A DNA stretch of 62,449 bases, counting the filler, from Sphaeroforma arctica JP610 (Eukaryota): assembly GCF_001186125.1 (NCBI RefSeq). It is 4 parts of 3 records of this genome, joined end to end, with 100 filler letters (N's around TTAATTAATTAA, not from the genome) between each part and the next. Parts side by side here need not be neighbours in the genome. Positions count along the whole stretch, not along the records: positions 1 to 27,633 come from NW_014040520.1; 3 more parts are not named here. The stretch is one strand, 5' to 3'. This document shows positions 1-11,960 of this stretch, piece by piece (the first letter of the stretch is position 1; the number at the start of each line of letters is the position of its first letter). Below the pieces are notes generated by a model. It saw only the letters and a list, made by a program, of their open reading frames with translations. It did not search any database and was not told where the DNA came from. The translations under genes were made by a program, and so were the position numbers.

Positions 1-459
1 TTCACCCCCAACCTCGCTCCTCAACCGAATTATGACGGATAACCTGGTCCTACTTGGCATTTCGTACTCTGCACTAACCCATTCCACAGCATTACACGAT
101 AAAGACCCGATCCGAACCACAGAGGTGGGTACGCTATTTAGTAGGTCAGAAAGCGAATACGTGGCACACTCGATGGTGTCAGTTTTTTGTCAGCACCGGC
201 CTGAATATCCTCCATTGTCGACTCACTTGGTCCAAGCTTCAACAGGAAATTTACTGACCACTTCGTCCCATCGATCTTCCCCGAACCACTACAACGGCTA
301 TGAGAGCCATACCATAGGTACAAACATTGTAACTTAACTCCTTTGAAATAAATAATATTATACCTACTAGGGGCAAAGCTAAATTCGGTTCGAGGATGTC
401 GATATCTCAAGCTAGTGATATAATCACGCCCTGTACAAAGAAGAAAGTTACGTGAAACG

Positions 460-1421
460 ATGGATAGCGAGCAAATGGAAAGAGAACAAGATGCATTGGG
501 TGATCATAGTGGGTGGAGCACAGTTCATTTCTTTAAGATATTAGAATCGCCCGCTTTATGTCGAAAGACCACGGGCGAACCAACCATGACAGTTCTTCGA
601 TTACTGTTTGATTATCTCAACTATAACAATCGACTTGCAAACTTAACTCAATGGAATGATAAGGTACATAGCCGTGTGGTGGCTGCGATGGAGCTTAACA
701 TGGAAGGAACTGATCAAGACGAAGAAGATTATGAATTACGGAAGCGCAGTAAGAAACTCACGGTGTGGGAATACTTTATTCTATTCATGCTCATATTCAT
801 GGATTGCCGAGATAATATGGCAATAGCTGGTATGCACTTTGACATCTCAGAGCTGACAGCTAGACGAATCTATACCACATTCTGCATAGCATTGTCACAT
901 ATCTTCAAATCAAGACAACCTTTCCCGACACCACTACAAGCCGCTCCATATACACCAGACCGCACCAAGCAAACATTAGATCTCAATGACGGGATTGCAC
1001 TCTTCATAGGAGACTGTGCTGAACGGAAGATAGAATCACCCCTATGTGTGTCAAATGATTTATATTCTGCGAGTTTAGCGAATATAAAAATTGTACTACC
1101 ATATGACACAATGTTGTAGCTTGTGGTAACACGTATGTTGCCGATATTACCAATGGCTACTGTGGGGCATCGACTGACAACGGCATATACAATAATGAGA
1201 TTTATGGCAGAAAGATGCAAGAGGCGGATACCTTCTCAGATGTAGTACAGAAAACTATATTCATTTGCTACTTGTACGATAAGGGACTCACGGATCGATA
1301 TGAACTGAAACGCCACTTGATATACATATGTACTCCAAGAAAGAACCAAAACGGACAACTAGTCTTTTTGCAGCAGCGTGCAGCTGACGATAAATTTATT
1401 GCCAGAGAACGTATAAACATT
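460..1421 (+). pseudogene. ISL2EU/Harbinger-type DDE transposase (HTH_Tnp_4 + DDE_Tnp_4-like), frameshifted and truncated by an LTR
   Basis: HTH-like FILFML..AGMHFDISELTARRIY; IGDCAERKIESP (cf. IDCTE..IE.P); after a frameshift SEYKNCTT and GYCGASTDNGI; YDKGL; FIARERINI, cut off at LTR terminus TGTAAGA (1422). Confidence 0.75.
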
Positions 1422-2143
1422 TGTAAGATTCGATCTTTCAAGGCGATATTAACGCCTTAGAGTAATTTAAACCCTAAACGCTTAGGTTAAGTCTAAGTAT
1501 AATTGAAATCGAAGCAAGTAAACGAAATGAGTCTTTCAGTAAAGTGAAGTATGCCTCGTGAAAACAGCAATACTCTGAGGGATTGTGAGGCTGAGACATT
1601 GCCGATATATAATCCTCTCAGTATTGCTTTCGCTGAAGGGATTTTATTTAGTGTTTCGTTGTCGCTCTATTAGAAACTATAGTAAGTTTCGTTAGGGCGA
1701 ATCCGAGAGACTCCTAAATTGCTATCTTTACAAAAGAAAGAAAAATACTCTTGATGTCCATAGTTATTGCATTAACCAATAACTTGCCACTTATCACGAA
1801 GTACCGACTTAGCCATCATCAGACTGGCACATCTGGTTGGCTGAACGGAGGATAAACTAAGCAACGCTAATAGTCCTTAGAAACCTATGTTCGGCTGAGC
1901 CATCTCGCAACAGAAGTATTCAGATATAAATAGATTTGGAAAGTAAATATAGTTCTATTAATAGAACTAGACCAAATCTTATGTTTGGTATTTTACTGGG
2001 GCCTTTTAATGGCCTTGTCCAAATATCTGATATGTAAAATGGAAAAGGTATTAATTAAAAAAACCGTTAAAAACCATTTTGGAAACTTAAGTTCCTCGTA
2101 CTATTAAGAGTACGTTTATAGTTTACGTACTGCTTAAGAGTAC
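1422..2143 (-). repeat. Family A LTR in inverted orientation, missing the outer U3 end
   Basis: Colinear with 16998-17770 and with the reverse complement of 45314-46160; begins TGTAAGATTC. Confidence 0.9.
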
Positions 2144-5100
2144 CATCCACCGCCGCTGCCGATGCGTTTAACCGCACCGTAGCCGAGGTACTTGCCTCCG
2201 ACAATAATAGTCAATATGTCAATGCTTCGGATAAGGATGTAGCCACTCCGATTAAGAAGACTACTTCTACAGACAGAGCCCGAGGGCCAACTATTGTTTC
2301 AACTTCAGAGCTTGCATTTACAAAGCCAAGAAGTGAAACAAGGGGCACGTCTCGAAACGCCCCAACCAATTCTTCTGACGAAACTCAGAAAGAAAAGTCC
2401 CCATTTATAGGGGACAAAGACGAATCTCAGAAGGTACCTATACCGGAACCAGACGAGGAGGCAAGCTCAAGTGGCAAACCCGAATCTACGTCCGAGACCA
2501 CTGAACCAGCGCGCATAAGTAAGTTAATTACTGCAAACACTGATCTTAAGAATCAGTTAGCCGCCCTTATGAAAGGCATGACTGTTGAACATGTAGACCG
2601 AATGTATAGATCAGGAAAACGTATACAGCACTTACGCGAGCATGTTTCTCTGGGCATTACTGAAGCCCTACAGAAGTGGACAGAACGTCGACAGGCAATT
2701 ACGCCCTAAAAGCGTAAAGGCCTGAGCGCTACACCTGTGTCAGATGAGCCAGATGTGCTCAGCGTATATATACCTTACGAGGTACTACCACCAGAACTCC
2801 AGGCTAATTACTCGCCTGTTCTAACACCCGGCCATGTGTCGCCCGTCCTTGAGGGTATTATAGACCCAGAGGCAGGTAAAAATATTCCACCACCTTTACC
2901 CAACTGGGATAACAATCGTCGGAAACCAGTTAAGACTGGGTATATTATCCAGACGCATGAATCATCCAAGATTATAGTACCAACTACTATCCAAGGAACA
3001 GAGTACCGAAAGGCCTCGACCATGGACTTTACAAGGGGTAATATACACTCTCGTAAACGTGTTAACGATGTCGAATTTAATCGCTTCGATCGCACAGCAT
3101 TACACCAGCCAGCAAAGGATTTCCACTCTGACAAGGTGACCAAACTTAATAAATCGGTCGATTACATCATTAATATGGAAATCGCCCATGACGAGCACCG
3201 TGCTGACAACGTATCATATTTTGCTAATATGATCGCGATCAAGTAGAAGCACATCGATCAGCTACTTCAGGCCCAACGTGGGCAAGACCACAGGGATAAC
3301 CAGAAGTACAAGGGACAGATCAGTCGACTTAAGTCGAACTGGGATGCCAACAACAAGCAGGTCGAGTTTATAAACAACCATGACCTCGACACGCTAACTC
3401 GTACGCTTAATGCGTTTACGGTCATGCTGGAGACGAATGATATCGCTCCCCAGCAATGGATTTCCGCTTTAATGCAGTCGTTTGACCCTACAGGAACAAA
3501 TTACTTGCTCCTGCAGCGACACCAGCATGAGCTAGACACTTGTCATGACTGGCCAGCTGTGTGTTGGTTGGTTATGTCCATATTAAGCAAGGACATGCAA
3601 AGTCCAGGACTGAGTTCAATCTTAACTGAACCAGTTGAGAATACTCCTATTCAGAGTTATATTCTGAAACTTGATGCTGACCTGAAACGTCCAGATATAA
3701 CAAAGGACAAGGCCCAGCAATGGTACGAGTTCCTGGTTATGCATGTTTTCTGTAAGAACATAGGGAACAACGACCGTGAAAGTCTGTACACCGAGTTGCG
3801 ACGTAAATACGCTACTGAGGCTCGAGACAAGGGACATGAAACAAAGTTTTATCTATCCCGACTTACGTGGGAATAGTTTTATGATACTGCATTCACTCTT
3901 TTTCCCGCACACTGAGTAACCTCGAAGATAAAGGTGGTAAATAAGAAACCGCGCGAGCTCGCTGATCAAGGATACCTCTCACGCCAGACATCAGATGATA
4001 AACCTCATCAGACGCGTCCTAACCAGACACGTGCTCGCGACTCCACTCAATCAACGCGACCCAATAAACGGGCACGCGCGGAGGCGAAGGACAAGGAACC
4101 TCTATTTAAGGAGATTAAGAAATGTGCCGACGCACAGTGTGGGTATGACATGTACCAATTGACCCCTAACGGTTATTGGAATGGCAGACATGCACTCACC
4201 TGTACACACTTTCTTACTAAGTGTGACAAGTGTGAGAAGACCAATGGCTATCACGCCAAGTCATGTGACAAGAATCCTGACATTAAGTTGGAGTGAAAGT
4301 ACTACCAGGTACAATCGTTACAAAGGAAATACAACGACTCTTTGGACGAGCGTGTAACAATCCCTGTATATTGCAATGGAAATAAAGTCCTTGCATTGAT
4401 TGATCCTGGTTCAGAAATTTCATGCATATCCGACCGCTTTGTATTGATGAAAGACATTGAAAGGCGCACTCAAACTACTCACCTAATCTTAACAGATGAC
4501 AAAACTTCTAAGTGTGATACCATGGCCACAGATGTTAAAATTTCCCTGGCCGATGATAGAAATATCACTACCCAAGCTATGATAGTTAAGATGTCACAGA
4601 AATACGACTTAATAGTCGAAATGAGTGACTTACACATTCTAGGTATAACCGAAACTGGTTTACCATATAACATAGATCCATTAAAGGACCAATCAGACGA
4701 TAACTGTCTGAAACCATATAAGACCCCGTCAGACACAGTCAAGGCAATAATAAACCTAGGTATATACAATTATTTAGCCGAGCAATGAATGCATCACAGT
4801 TGAATTATCCAACTGTGAAGCAAGAGCTACTAGCCATAGTAGCAGCTTTAACACACTTCCGCGATTACTTATATGTAACAGCTTTTACGCTGATATGTGA
4901 TCAGAAGTCCCTTTAATATATGAAGGAAATGAAGCAAGACTCTCAACTACTGAGCCGATGGCATGATATAATATCAAAGTTTCATTTTGATATCAAACAT
5001 CTACCAGGGATACATAACCATTTACCGGATATGTTATCTCGCTTTGTACCGGACTTTAATAAATCCGTAAGTGAGTTACTAGCCACTGATTGGAAATGTA

Positions 5101-7373
5101 ACCCCAGGTGGTTTGAACTGGTACAAAAGATATTTAAGCCACATACAGTTGACATGTTTGCTACACATCATAATGCACAACTTAAGAATTACAGGACTTC
5201 AAATCATCCTTTAGGAGATGCCCTACAACTAGACCTCTCCGAACATAATGCGTGGGCTAATCCACCATGGCAGTTAATTGCCCAATTACTAAATTATGTT
5301 CATATACACAAAGCTGCCATCACGTTGTGTTGCCCATTACGGAGTAAAGATCCATGGGTCAATACATTAATAAGCATGATACAATGCGAGCCAATATATT
5401 TAAATAGGGAAGTAGATACTTTCCTATATCAGGGTACCCGAGCCATCTAGAAGACGCACTGGAGACATACTAAAATATGTCGTATAGATCCCATTGGAAC
5501 AACCAAATAGACCCCTTCTGAGACCTTCCTTAACAAAGTCAAAGAATCAGAGATTCCACTCTCTACTAAATTGAACGTTAGCAGTTCAAAGGCAACACAG
5601 CATTTGAAGTCTGTGCACAAGAAATACAATCTACTAATGACACTACAGTTAAGAAGCGTCAGTCTCTAGCTAGGACTCTGTTTAATAACATAAAGTCCAA
5701 GCCCGAAGTCTTTAAAACCATATTTTTAAAGGGATTAATGAAAGATTATCCCGAAGCATATACAGATATAATGTGACTTTTAAATAAGTTAGGTGTATCA
5801 AACGCACACGAGCGCACTCATGACACTCATGCGAAAGAAGGACAGGTATCTAGAAACACTACAGACTTAAAAACCACGCAGGTGGATTCTCAACACCCTA
5901 CCTTTATTCTGGAGGAGCAGAATGATAAAAACATTCTTGCTTGGCTGACGCAAAACCATAAGCTGAAGCACCAGAACGTAGTAGACGCACTTAAAGATGC
6001 TAAGCGAAATGGGATCGCGCACCATAAGCAGGCAACTTTAGTTGACAGGGTATATCAGTCATATACAGACTGTGATCTCAACCAGATTAAGTGCTATGGG
6101 TTCGCACCGCTTAAGAGTGTGACTGAAGATGTTCCATGGCGCAGGGTCATCATTGATCTGGTTGACCTGTCTACGTCCGAGCACACAGGCGACCGTTACG
6201 TATACTACTTCTTTACCGGCCTACGTACGAGCACACAGGCGACCGTTACGTATGCCACTTCTTTGATGTGGCGTCACGGTATATCTTGCTCTATCCTTTA
6301 AATGACAAGAGTACGCAGACCGTGGCAGAATTATGTTGCCAAGTCTTTGCTGACCACGGGTGGCCAGGTATAATGTGTACTGATAACGGTAGCGAGTTCT
6401 GCGATGACGTAATGGAATCATTAGTACTCGTATCAGGCATGCGCCATAAAAGGGGTGTACCATAAAAACCGCAAACACAAGGCGCGAATGAAACGCGCCA
6501 TAAAAGACTTAAGTTCTTCTTACGTACTGCATTAACGGATGATGCAGATGATTGGCCGTACCACCTTAAATGGGTACAAACTCAGATGAACGGGTGTGCT
6601 TATCCGGTTACAGGAACAACACCCGCTCATTATTTTCGTGGCAGATATAGTGAGTTACAAACACCCTTTAACAAGGACGAACCTGATCACCATGAGTTTT
6701 AATGGGTAGAGCAGGTACAACGTATACACAACGTTGTATATCCTTGTTTGCGAGAGACACGTAATGTGGCCTTATTAAAAAGGCAAAATAGATGGAATGC
6801 TACCAAAACAATTTAGCAGAGTATCAGGTTGGAGACAGAGTTAACATCCGTCAACGTAATTCCGATACTACTGTACTAACATCGAAATGGATAGGACCAT
6901 ATATCTTTGTAGCCGACACTAAAAGTGGAACCTATGAGGTTAACAACCCCGACGGTTCTAGTGCTTTAAATATAGGCACTAGTCGGATTCCGACTACTGA
7001 GATTATTCTCGCAAGAAGACATAATTCTACTGCACCTCTTGACCGCTTCGAATTTAAAGATATTATATGATAAAAGCCTTTAACAGAAAATGGCGTAAAC
7101 GCCTACATGAGTCACAGGCTGAAAAAGATAGCATGTTCCCATCGTCTGAAGGCACGGAAGTTAAAACTTACCCGCCAACAGCATTTATCCCGAGCTTTAC
7201 TGCTCATCCTTCGTATGTTCCAAAAACATTGAAGCGTAAGAAACGCCCCGTCGACCACAACGGACCTACTGGACCTAAAACCAAAACTCACATTGTAACC
7301 GAGAACGCTTAACTTCTCCACTTGAGAAACATTAACTATACGATATGCTACTTAAATGTTTTCGACCCGTTTT
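2144..7373 (+). mobile_element. Ty3/Gypsy family A, decayed internal region: gag, protease, [RT deleted], partial RNase H, methyltransferase, integrase, chromodomain-like remnant
   Basis: Gag Cys/His knuckles (ORF 3934-4296); protease LIDPGS (4342-4788); jump into RNase H near 4750; DMFA/NPPW (4920-5450); integrase IIDLVD, TDNGSEF; many stops and frameshifts. Confidence 0.92.
5088..5495 (+). pseudogene. Dam-like amino-methyltransferase domain in family A pol
   Basis: DWKCNPRWF...PHTVDMFATHHNAQL...NAWANPPWQLI...TLCCP. Confidence 0.85.
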
Positions 7374-7631
7374 TGTAAGATTCGGTCTATCTAGGCGATA
7401 TTAACGCCTTAGAGTAATTAAACGCGTAGGTTAAGTCTAAGTATCGTAAAATTCGAAGTAAATAAACGAAATGAGTCTTTTGGTAAAGTTAGGTATGCCT
7501 CGTGAAAACAGCAATACTCTGAGGGATTGTGAGGCTGAGACATTGCCTGTATATAATCCTTTCAGTTCTGTTTTAGCCGCAGGGATTTTATTTAGTGTTT
7601 CGTTGTCGCTCTAATTGAAACTATGGTAATA
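7374..7631 (-). repeat. Family A LTR fragment (U5 end), inverted, sitting in the 3' UTR of the preceding copy and fused to the family B LTR
   Basis: TGTAAGATTCGG start matches 1422 and 16998; similarity stops at CTATGGTA (about 7628). Confidence 0.85.
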
Positions 7632-7727
7632 TGGATAAACCCAGTTCAAAATGTAGTCTCTAATAAAACCCAAATATCAAATTAACCCTATTCCTAAATA
7701 AACCCTATCAGGGACTTCCTGGCTACA
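7632..7727 (-). repeat. Family B 3' LTR (truncated)
   Basis: Near-identical to 15477-15572; starts TGTAGCC on the minus strand right after a G-rich polypurine tract (7728-7736). Confidence 0.85.
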
Positions 7728-7952
7728 GCCGCCCCAAGCTAAAACACCACAAGTGTGCGAGCTTAAAAGATTGAAGGAATACTCTGAAAGCGGTTACGTG
7801 CTGGCAGTTATCCTCAGAGAGCTAGAGCATTGTGCTGGCATTTAACCTCAAAGAGCTAGAGGGCTCGGCTATTTGTTCACCACTCGATTTGGTGACTAAA
7901 CGGTAAGTACACGTTACTTAAAATTATATCTATTAACAAAATTATCTTCTAA

Positions 7953-8324
7953 CTATAACTGGTCTCTCCGGTGTTTCCGAGCTCGTGTCTGTGTATCTTT
8001 GTGATATGCCACAATGTCATTACCGTCGTCAAAGGCCTCGGCCGTTTCCCACGTCGGCACCCCCTCATGCCAACGCACCAGATATTCGAGTTTACCCGTA
8101 ACATCATTTGTCCTTTGTTTGATGATGTGACGGAACGCTGACCCGCCTTCTTGCCAAAGATCATCGTTCAACGGTGGGTCTATACTGCGGTGGACCAACC
8201 GTAGTAACTCAATCCGTACCGGCTTCCCCTTAAACTCCTGGGGAGTGGACCCATCTCTATGTGTAAGGTCATAACCTTGACCGTTGCCGCCTTTAACTAC
8301 ATATGGACCAAACAGTGGGTGCAT
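7953..8324 (-). pseudogene. Family B integrase C-terminus with GPY/F motif and chromodomain
   Basis: PLFGPYVV; FRHIIKQR...EYLVRWHEGVPTWETAEAFDD..DIVAYH. Confidence 0.85.
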
Positions 8325-8356
8325 GGCTTTGGAAGATCACCCCTCCGATTTCACCA

Positions 8357-9273
8357 TCACGACGTCGCCTTTATCAAATGGACTAAGTCATGGGCGTGTA
8401 ACCGATCAAATGTCTGCGTCGATTTATCCGTATAGGTCGTAGTGATTTTATGCAGTGTAGGTAAAATTGTATCCTGGAGCTGGTCCAACCGTTGTGCCCA
8501 CGTGTCATTAGTAACCGGTTGTTGCTCTGGGACGTCATCGGTGAAATCCGCAAACGGCACGTGTCGACGTCCAAAATAAACACTAAACGGCGCGCTTTTG
8601 TGTCGTCGGGAGATGCGCAAGTTCTGGTACAGCATTGTAAAAGGGAGACGTTCGTCCCATGCTTGGGGTACTGCCTCACAGACGATGCGTATCGAACGTG
8701 TTATCTCCTTGTGTCGACGTTCCGTTGCCCCCAACACCTGTGGTCTATATGGTGGTGATACTTTGTGAAGTATACTCACTGCCTTGACAATGAGGGCGAC
8801 AATGTTGTTCGTAAACTCATTACCCATATCTGTCTGTAGCTTGCGAGGAAATAAAAACATCTGCGCGGTGGTTTCCTTCGTCTTATCTGGTGTAGCACGT
8901 AAGATCGAATAGCCGGAAGCCACGTCTAATACATGGAGGAAAGTTTATTCTGTCTTGTGGACGTTACCAGCATTGGAATATAGTCCACCTGAATGTGATC
9001 CCAAGGGTACTTTGCATCAATGCTTATCATCGGATGTAAGCCTTTACGTAGGGTATCCTGGCCCAAACACTGTCCACACTGCCGTTTAATTTCTGTAGCC
9101 AGTTCTAATGCCCCCGGCCAAACGTGGCCGTTCTGTTGTAATTGTTGGACAGTATCGGCAGCGCCGTGGTGGCCTTGCTCATGCTGTGCCTGTGTGAGTT
9201 GTGTACGCCGTTGTTGTTTCATCGGTTTGGCATTCGCAAAGGCCGGTTGTGCCCCCTCACTAGTTAACGCCAC
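8357..9273 (-). pseudogene. Family B integrase (HHCC zinc finger plus DDE core), frameshifted
   Basis: AHEQGHHG...CGQC; WDHIQVDY; LQTDMGNEF; PQVLGATERRH. Confidence 0.9.
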
Positions 9274-9306
9274 GGAAATCTCTCGTGCCGTATCCGAACA
9301 CTGATG

Positions 9307-10338
9307 TTATGGCGTGTGTCGAGGTTCGGCATAGCCTAATCTTTGTGTAAAGCTTTTGGTGAGCTGGAAACCTGACGGCGGCCCCACTCGTGCAACAACG
9401 GTGTGTCCCCACGGCGTCTTCCCACATGCATACTTCGCATACCTTATAAATGTATGCGGGGTCCGGGGTACTAACATTGGCTCGGTTTGCAATAATGATT
9501 TGAAAAGGTCAACCCATGGTGCGCGAGGTGTCCAAGGTAAGCACACCGTCGCTGTAGCCCCATCCGCTTTGATATTCCGAAGCATGCGATGTATGAACCT
9601 CCACGGCGGATTCATGCATCTGTCAACCAACGCCCAGTTATGATCAAATGCACCGTCGCGCTCGTTCTTTGTCCAAAACCTAGGAAGCTGTGCGTTACGG
9701 TGTGCTGCGAACACGTCTATGTTGTTATGTCCAAAGATACACTGTGCTTGTTCGAAGTAGCTGGAAAATAATTGCCAGCAGTCTACATTAAGTATCTCTG
9801 GCACGTCTGTTTCCGCGGTCCCTTCATGTATACGACTCAGCATATCCGGCAGGACATTCCTCTCCCCAGGTATATGTGAAATGGTGAAGTTAAAAGACGC
9901 TATAATGTGGTGCCCCCTCTGTAGCATAGGATTAAGCTTCAGTTGAGTATTCATATATACTAATGCTTTGTGATCCGTAAACACCGCAAAGCGCTGGTCG
10001 TCAAGGTAGTCGCGGAAGTACGTCAACCCGTGGACTAACGCTAGTAGTTCCTTCATTGGTGTCGCATAGTTCTGTTGAGCTTGATTGAGTGTTTTGCTGA
10101 AAAACGTTAGGTAGTGTTTCTTGCCCACGACCCACTGGAACAGCGCACCCCCCAATCCGTAATCACTCGCGTCTATCTCGAGGTTGAGGGGGATATCATC
10201 CACCGGGAAGTGTAGTGCGACCGCGTTGACTATCGCGTCCTTCATCGCTGTCCACGCGTCCGCATGGCGTTGTTCCCACCTATCTCCGATCAGTTCATTC
10301 GGCTTCAGCTTACAAAACTCCCGTAGAGGGGCTGCCAC
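9307..10338 (-). CDS. Family B pol segment: RT connection, RNase H and Dam-like methyltransferase in one open frame
   Basis: DASDYGLGGAL..NYATPMKELLA..TDHKAL..NVLPDMLSR, then IDVFAAHRNAQLPRFW..CMNPPWRFI..VCLPWTPRAPW. Confidence 0.9.
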   Translation of the reverse strand: MAAPLREFCKLKPNELIGDRWEQRHADAWTAMKDAIVNAVALHFPVDDIPLNLEIDASDYGLGGALFQWVVGKKHYLTFFSKTLNQAQQNYATPMKELLALVHGLTYFRDYLDDQRFAVFTDHKALVYMNTQLKLNPMLQRGHHIIASFNFTISHIPGERNVLPDMLSRIHEGTAETDVPEILNVDCWQLFSSYFEQAQCIFGHNNIDVFAAHRNAQLPRFWTKNERDGAFDHNWALVDRCMNPPWRFIHRMLRNIKADGATATVCLPWTPRAPWVDLFKSLLQTEPMLVPRTPHTFIRYAKYACGKTPWGHTVVARVGPPSGFQLTKSFTQRLGYAEPRHTP

Positions 10339-11677
10339 GTGTGCGAAATTGGGTAGGTGTCCTTGTATCGCCGAGGTGTTGGCCAGTCGAGGAGTTTAGC
10401 CTGCTTCTCAAAGTCAACATCAATCCCTGCAGCTGAAACCTTCTTGCCTAGTATCATAACCTCTGCAAGTGCAAAGTGGCACTTCACTGGATTCAGTTTG
10501 AAACGGTGGTGCGTCAATCTTCTGATCACCTCCTTCACTGTATCGATGTGCTTTTCATAATCGTCACTGGCAATCACAATATCGTCAATGTAGTGGTGGA
10601 CTGGTAGTCCATCTAGTATCGTACTGAGTGTTCGTTGGAATTGTTGCGTCAATATGTGCAACCCGAATGGTGCCGATGTAAATGAGTACTGGTATCGATC
10701 GTGTGTGAAACTAAATAGGTATCTAGAATCCGGGTGTATCGGTAGTCTATGATATGCTGCTGATATATCGAGTGTGGTATAGTACTTCATGCTCTTCAGT
10801 CGTGAAATGAACTCATTCACCTTCGGTATCAAGAACTCGTCTCCTGGAATCAGTGCGCTGACCGCTCGCATGTCCAGACATACCCGTACCTTCTTCACAT
10901 TACCCTCACTATCTGACGTTGGAACTGCGAGTAAGGGAAGATTAACCGTCGTGGGAGTGGTCCGCTTCGTAATCACTAGGTCCTTCAACCACTTCTGTAC
11001 TTGTTCATCGACATACGGTAACCATCTCTCGGATACAAAGTTGCGTGTCGATCGTCTCATGCTCCTAGCCTGCTCCCGTGTCACCGGTATTGTCACTTCA
11101 CTCCCCTCTAAGCGGCAACGTGCATTGTCTGCAATGTCGGCGTTCGCTTCCAACACCGCGGCCAGCCTTGTCCGTACGCCGTCGGGTTCGATGGTATTGG
11201 GGACTTGGCGCCGAGCCATGGGTGTAAGGAGTTCATCTAGTTCCGTTGGATCGATAGGTGCGAGTGGTGACTGAATTCCGCCAATATATAACCCAAGGTC
11301 CGTCATCATGTCCAGCCCGAGTATAACGTCGATGCTGTCAGGGAGATTCATCAACTCGAACGATCTATTGATGATCTCTGAGCCATAACGTATCGGTAGC
11401 ACTTCTGTTGTTCCCAAGCGAGGAGTGCGTACCGCTTTATCCACCAAATATATAAATGATTCGCTGGGTGCTGGTGTAATTGGTCGTCCAAGAGGTCTGC
11501 GGATGCTCGTGCGTTGCAACAACGGTTCGCACCTGTATCTATCAACGCTCGGAATGTACGACCATTCACCTGCAATTGTATATAGACACGGTTGTCGGAG
11601 GACAGCAGTGAGTCTTTTATTGCCATCACAGTCTTCAATGGATGCGTGAACGTGAATGCTACATCATCATCGGACAC
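10305..11677 (-). pseudogene. Family B aspartic protease plus reverse transcriptase (frameshifted)
   Basis: ALIDTGAN; DVILGLD; RVCLDMR; LDISAAYHRL; APFGL; YIDDIVI. Confidence 0.93.
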
Positions 11678-11960
11678 CCTGAGGTCTCAATGTTGCTCTG
11701 TTATCGGGGTCCATTGGGGCTGCGATGTGTCCGTTTGTGTATCTACCGCCTGCTCGAAGTCATTGGCTAGGATGGAGTGTATATGTAACTATGTGGCCGA
11801 CTGGCTATCGTATCCCGGACCCTCCTCATGTGTGAGCATATTAACCTGCGGTGTCGTCGTAGTCGAGGTCGACTGTCGGCTTGGGTATTGTGGTGGTTGG
11901 TGCACAGACCCCTGTGGTGGCGTAGATTGCTGTCCCATAGTCACCTCTCTCTGCTGCTGA

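Noticed and set aside
1422..7631. LTRs at 1422 and 7374 as the paired LTRs of the enclosed plus-strand element
   Set aside because: The polypurine tract and LTR at 45302-46160 show both are inverted relative to the enclosed gag-pol, so they belong to other insertions or rearrangements
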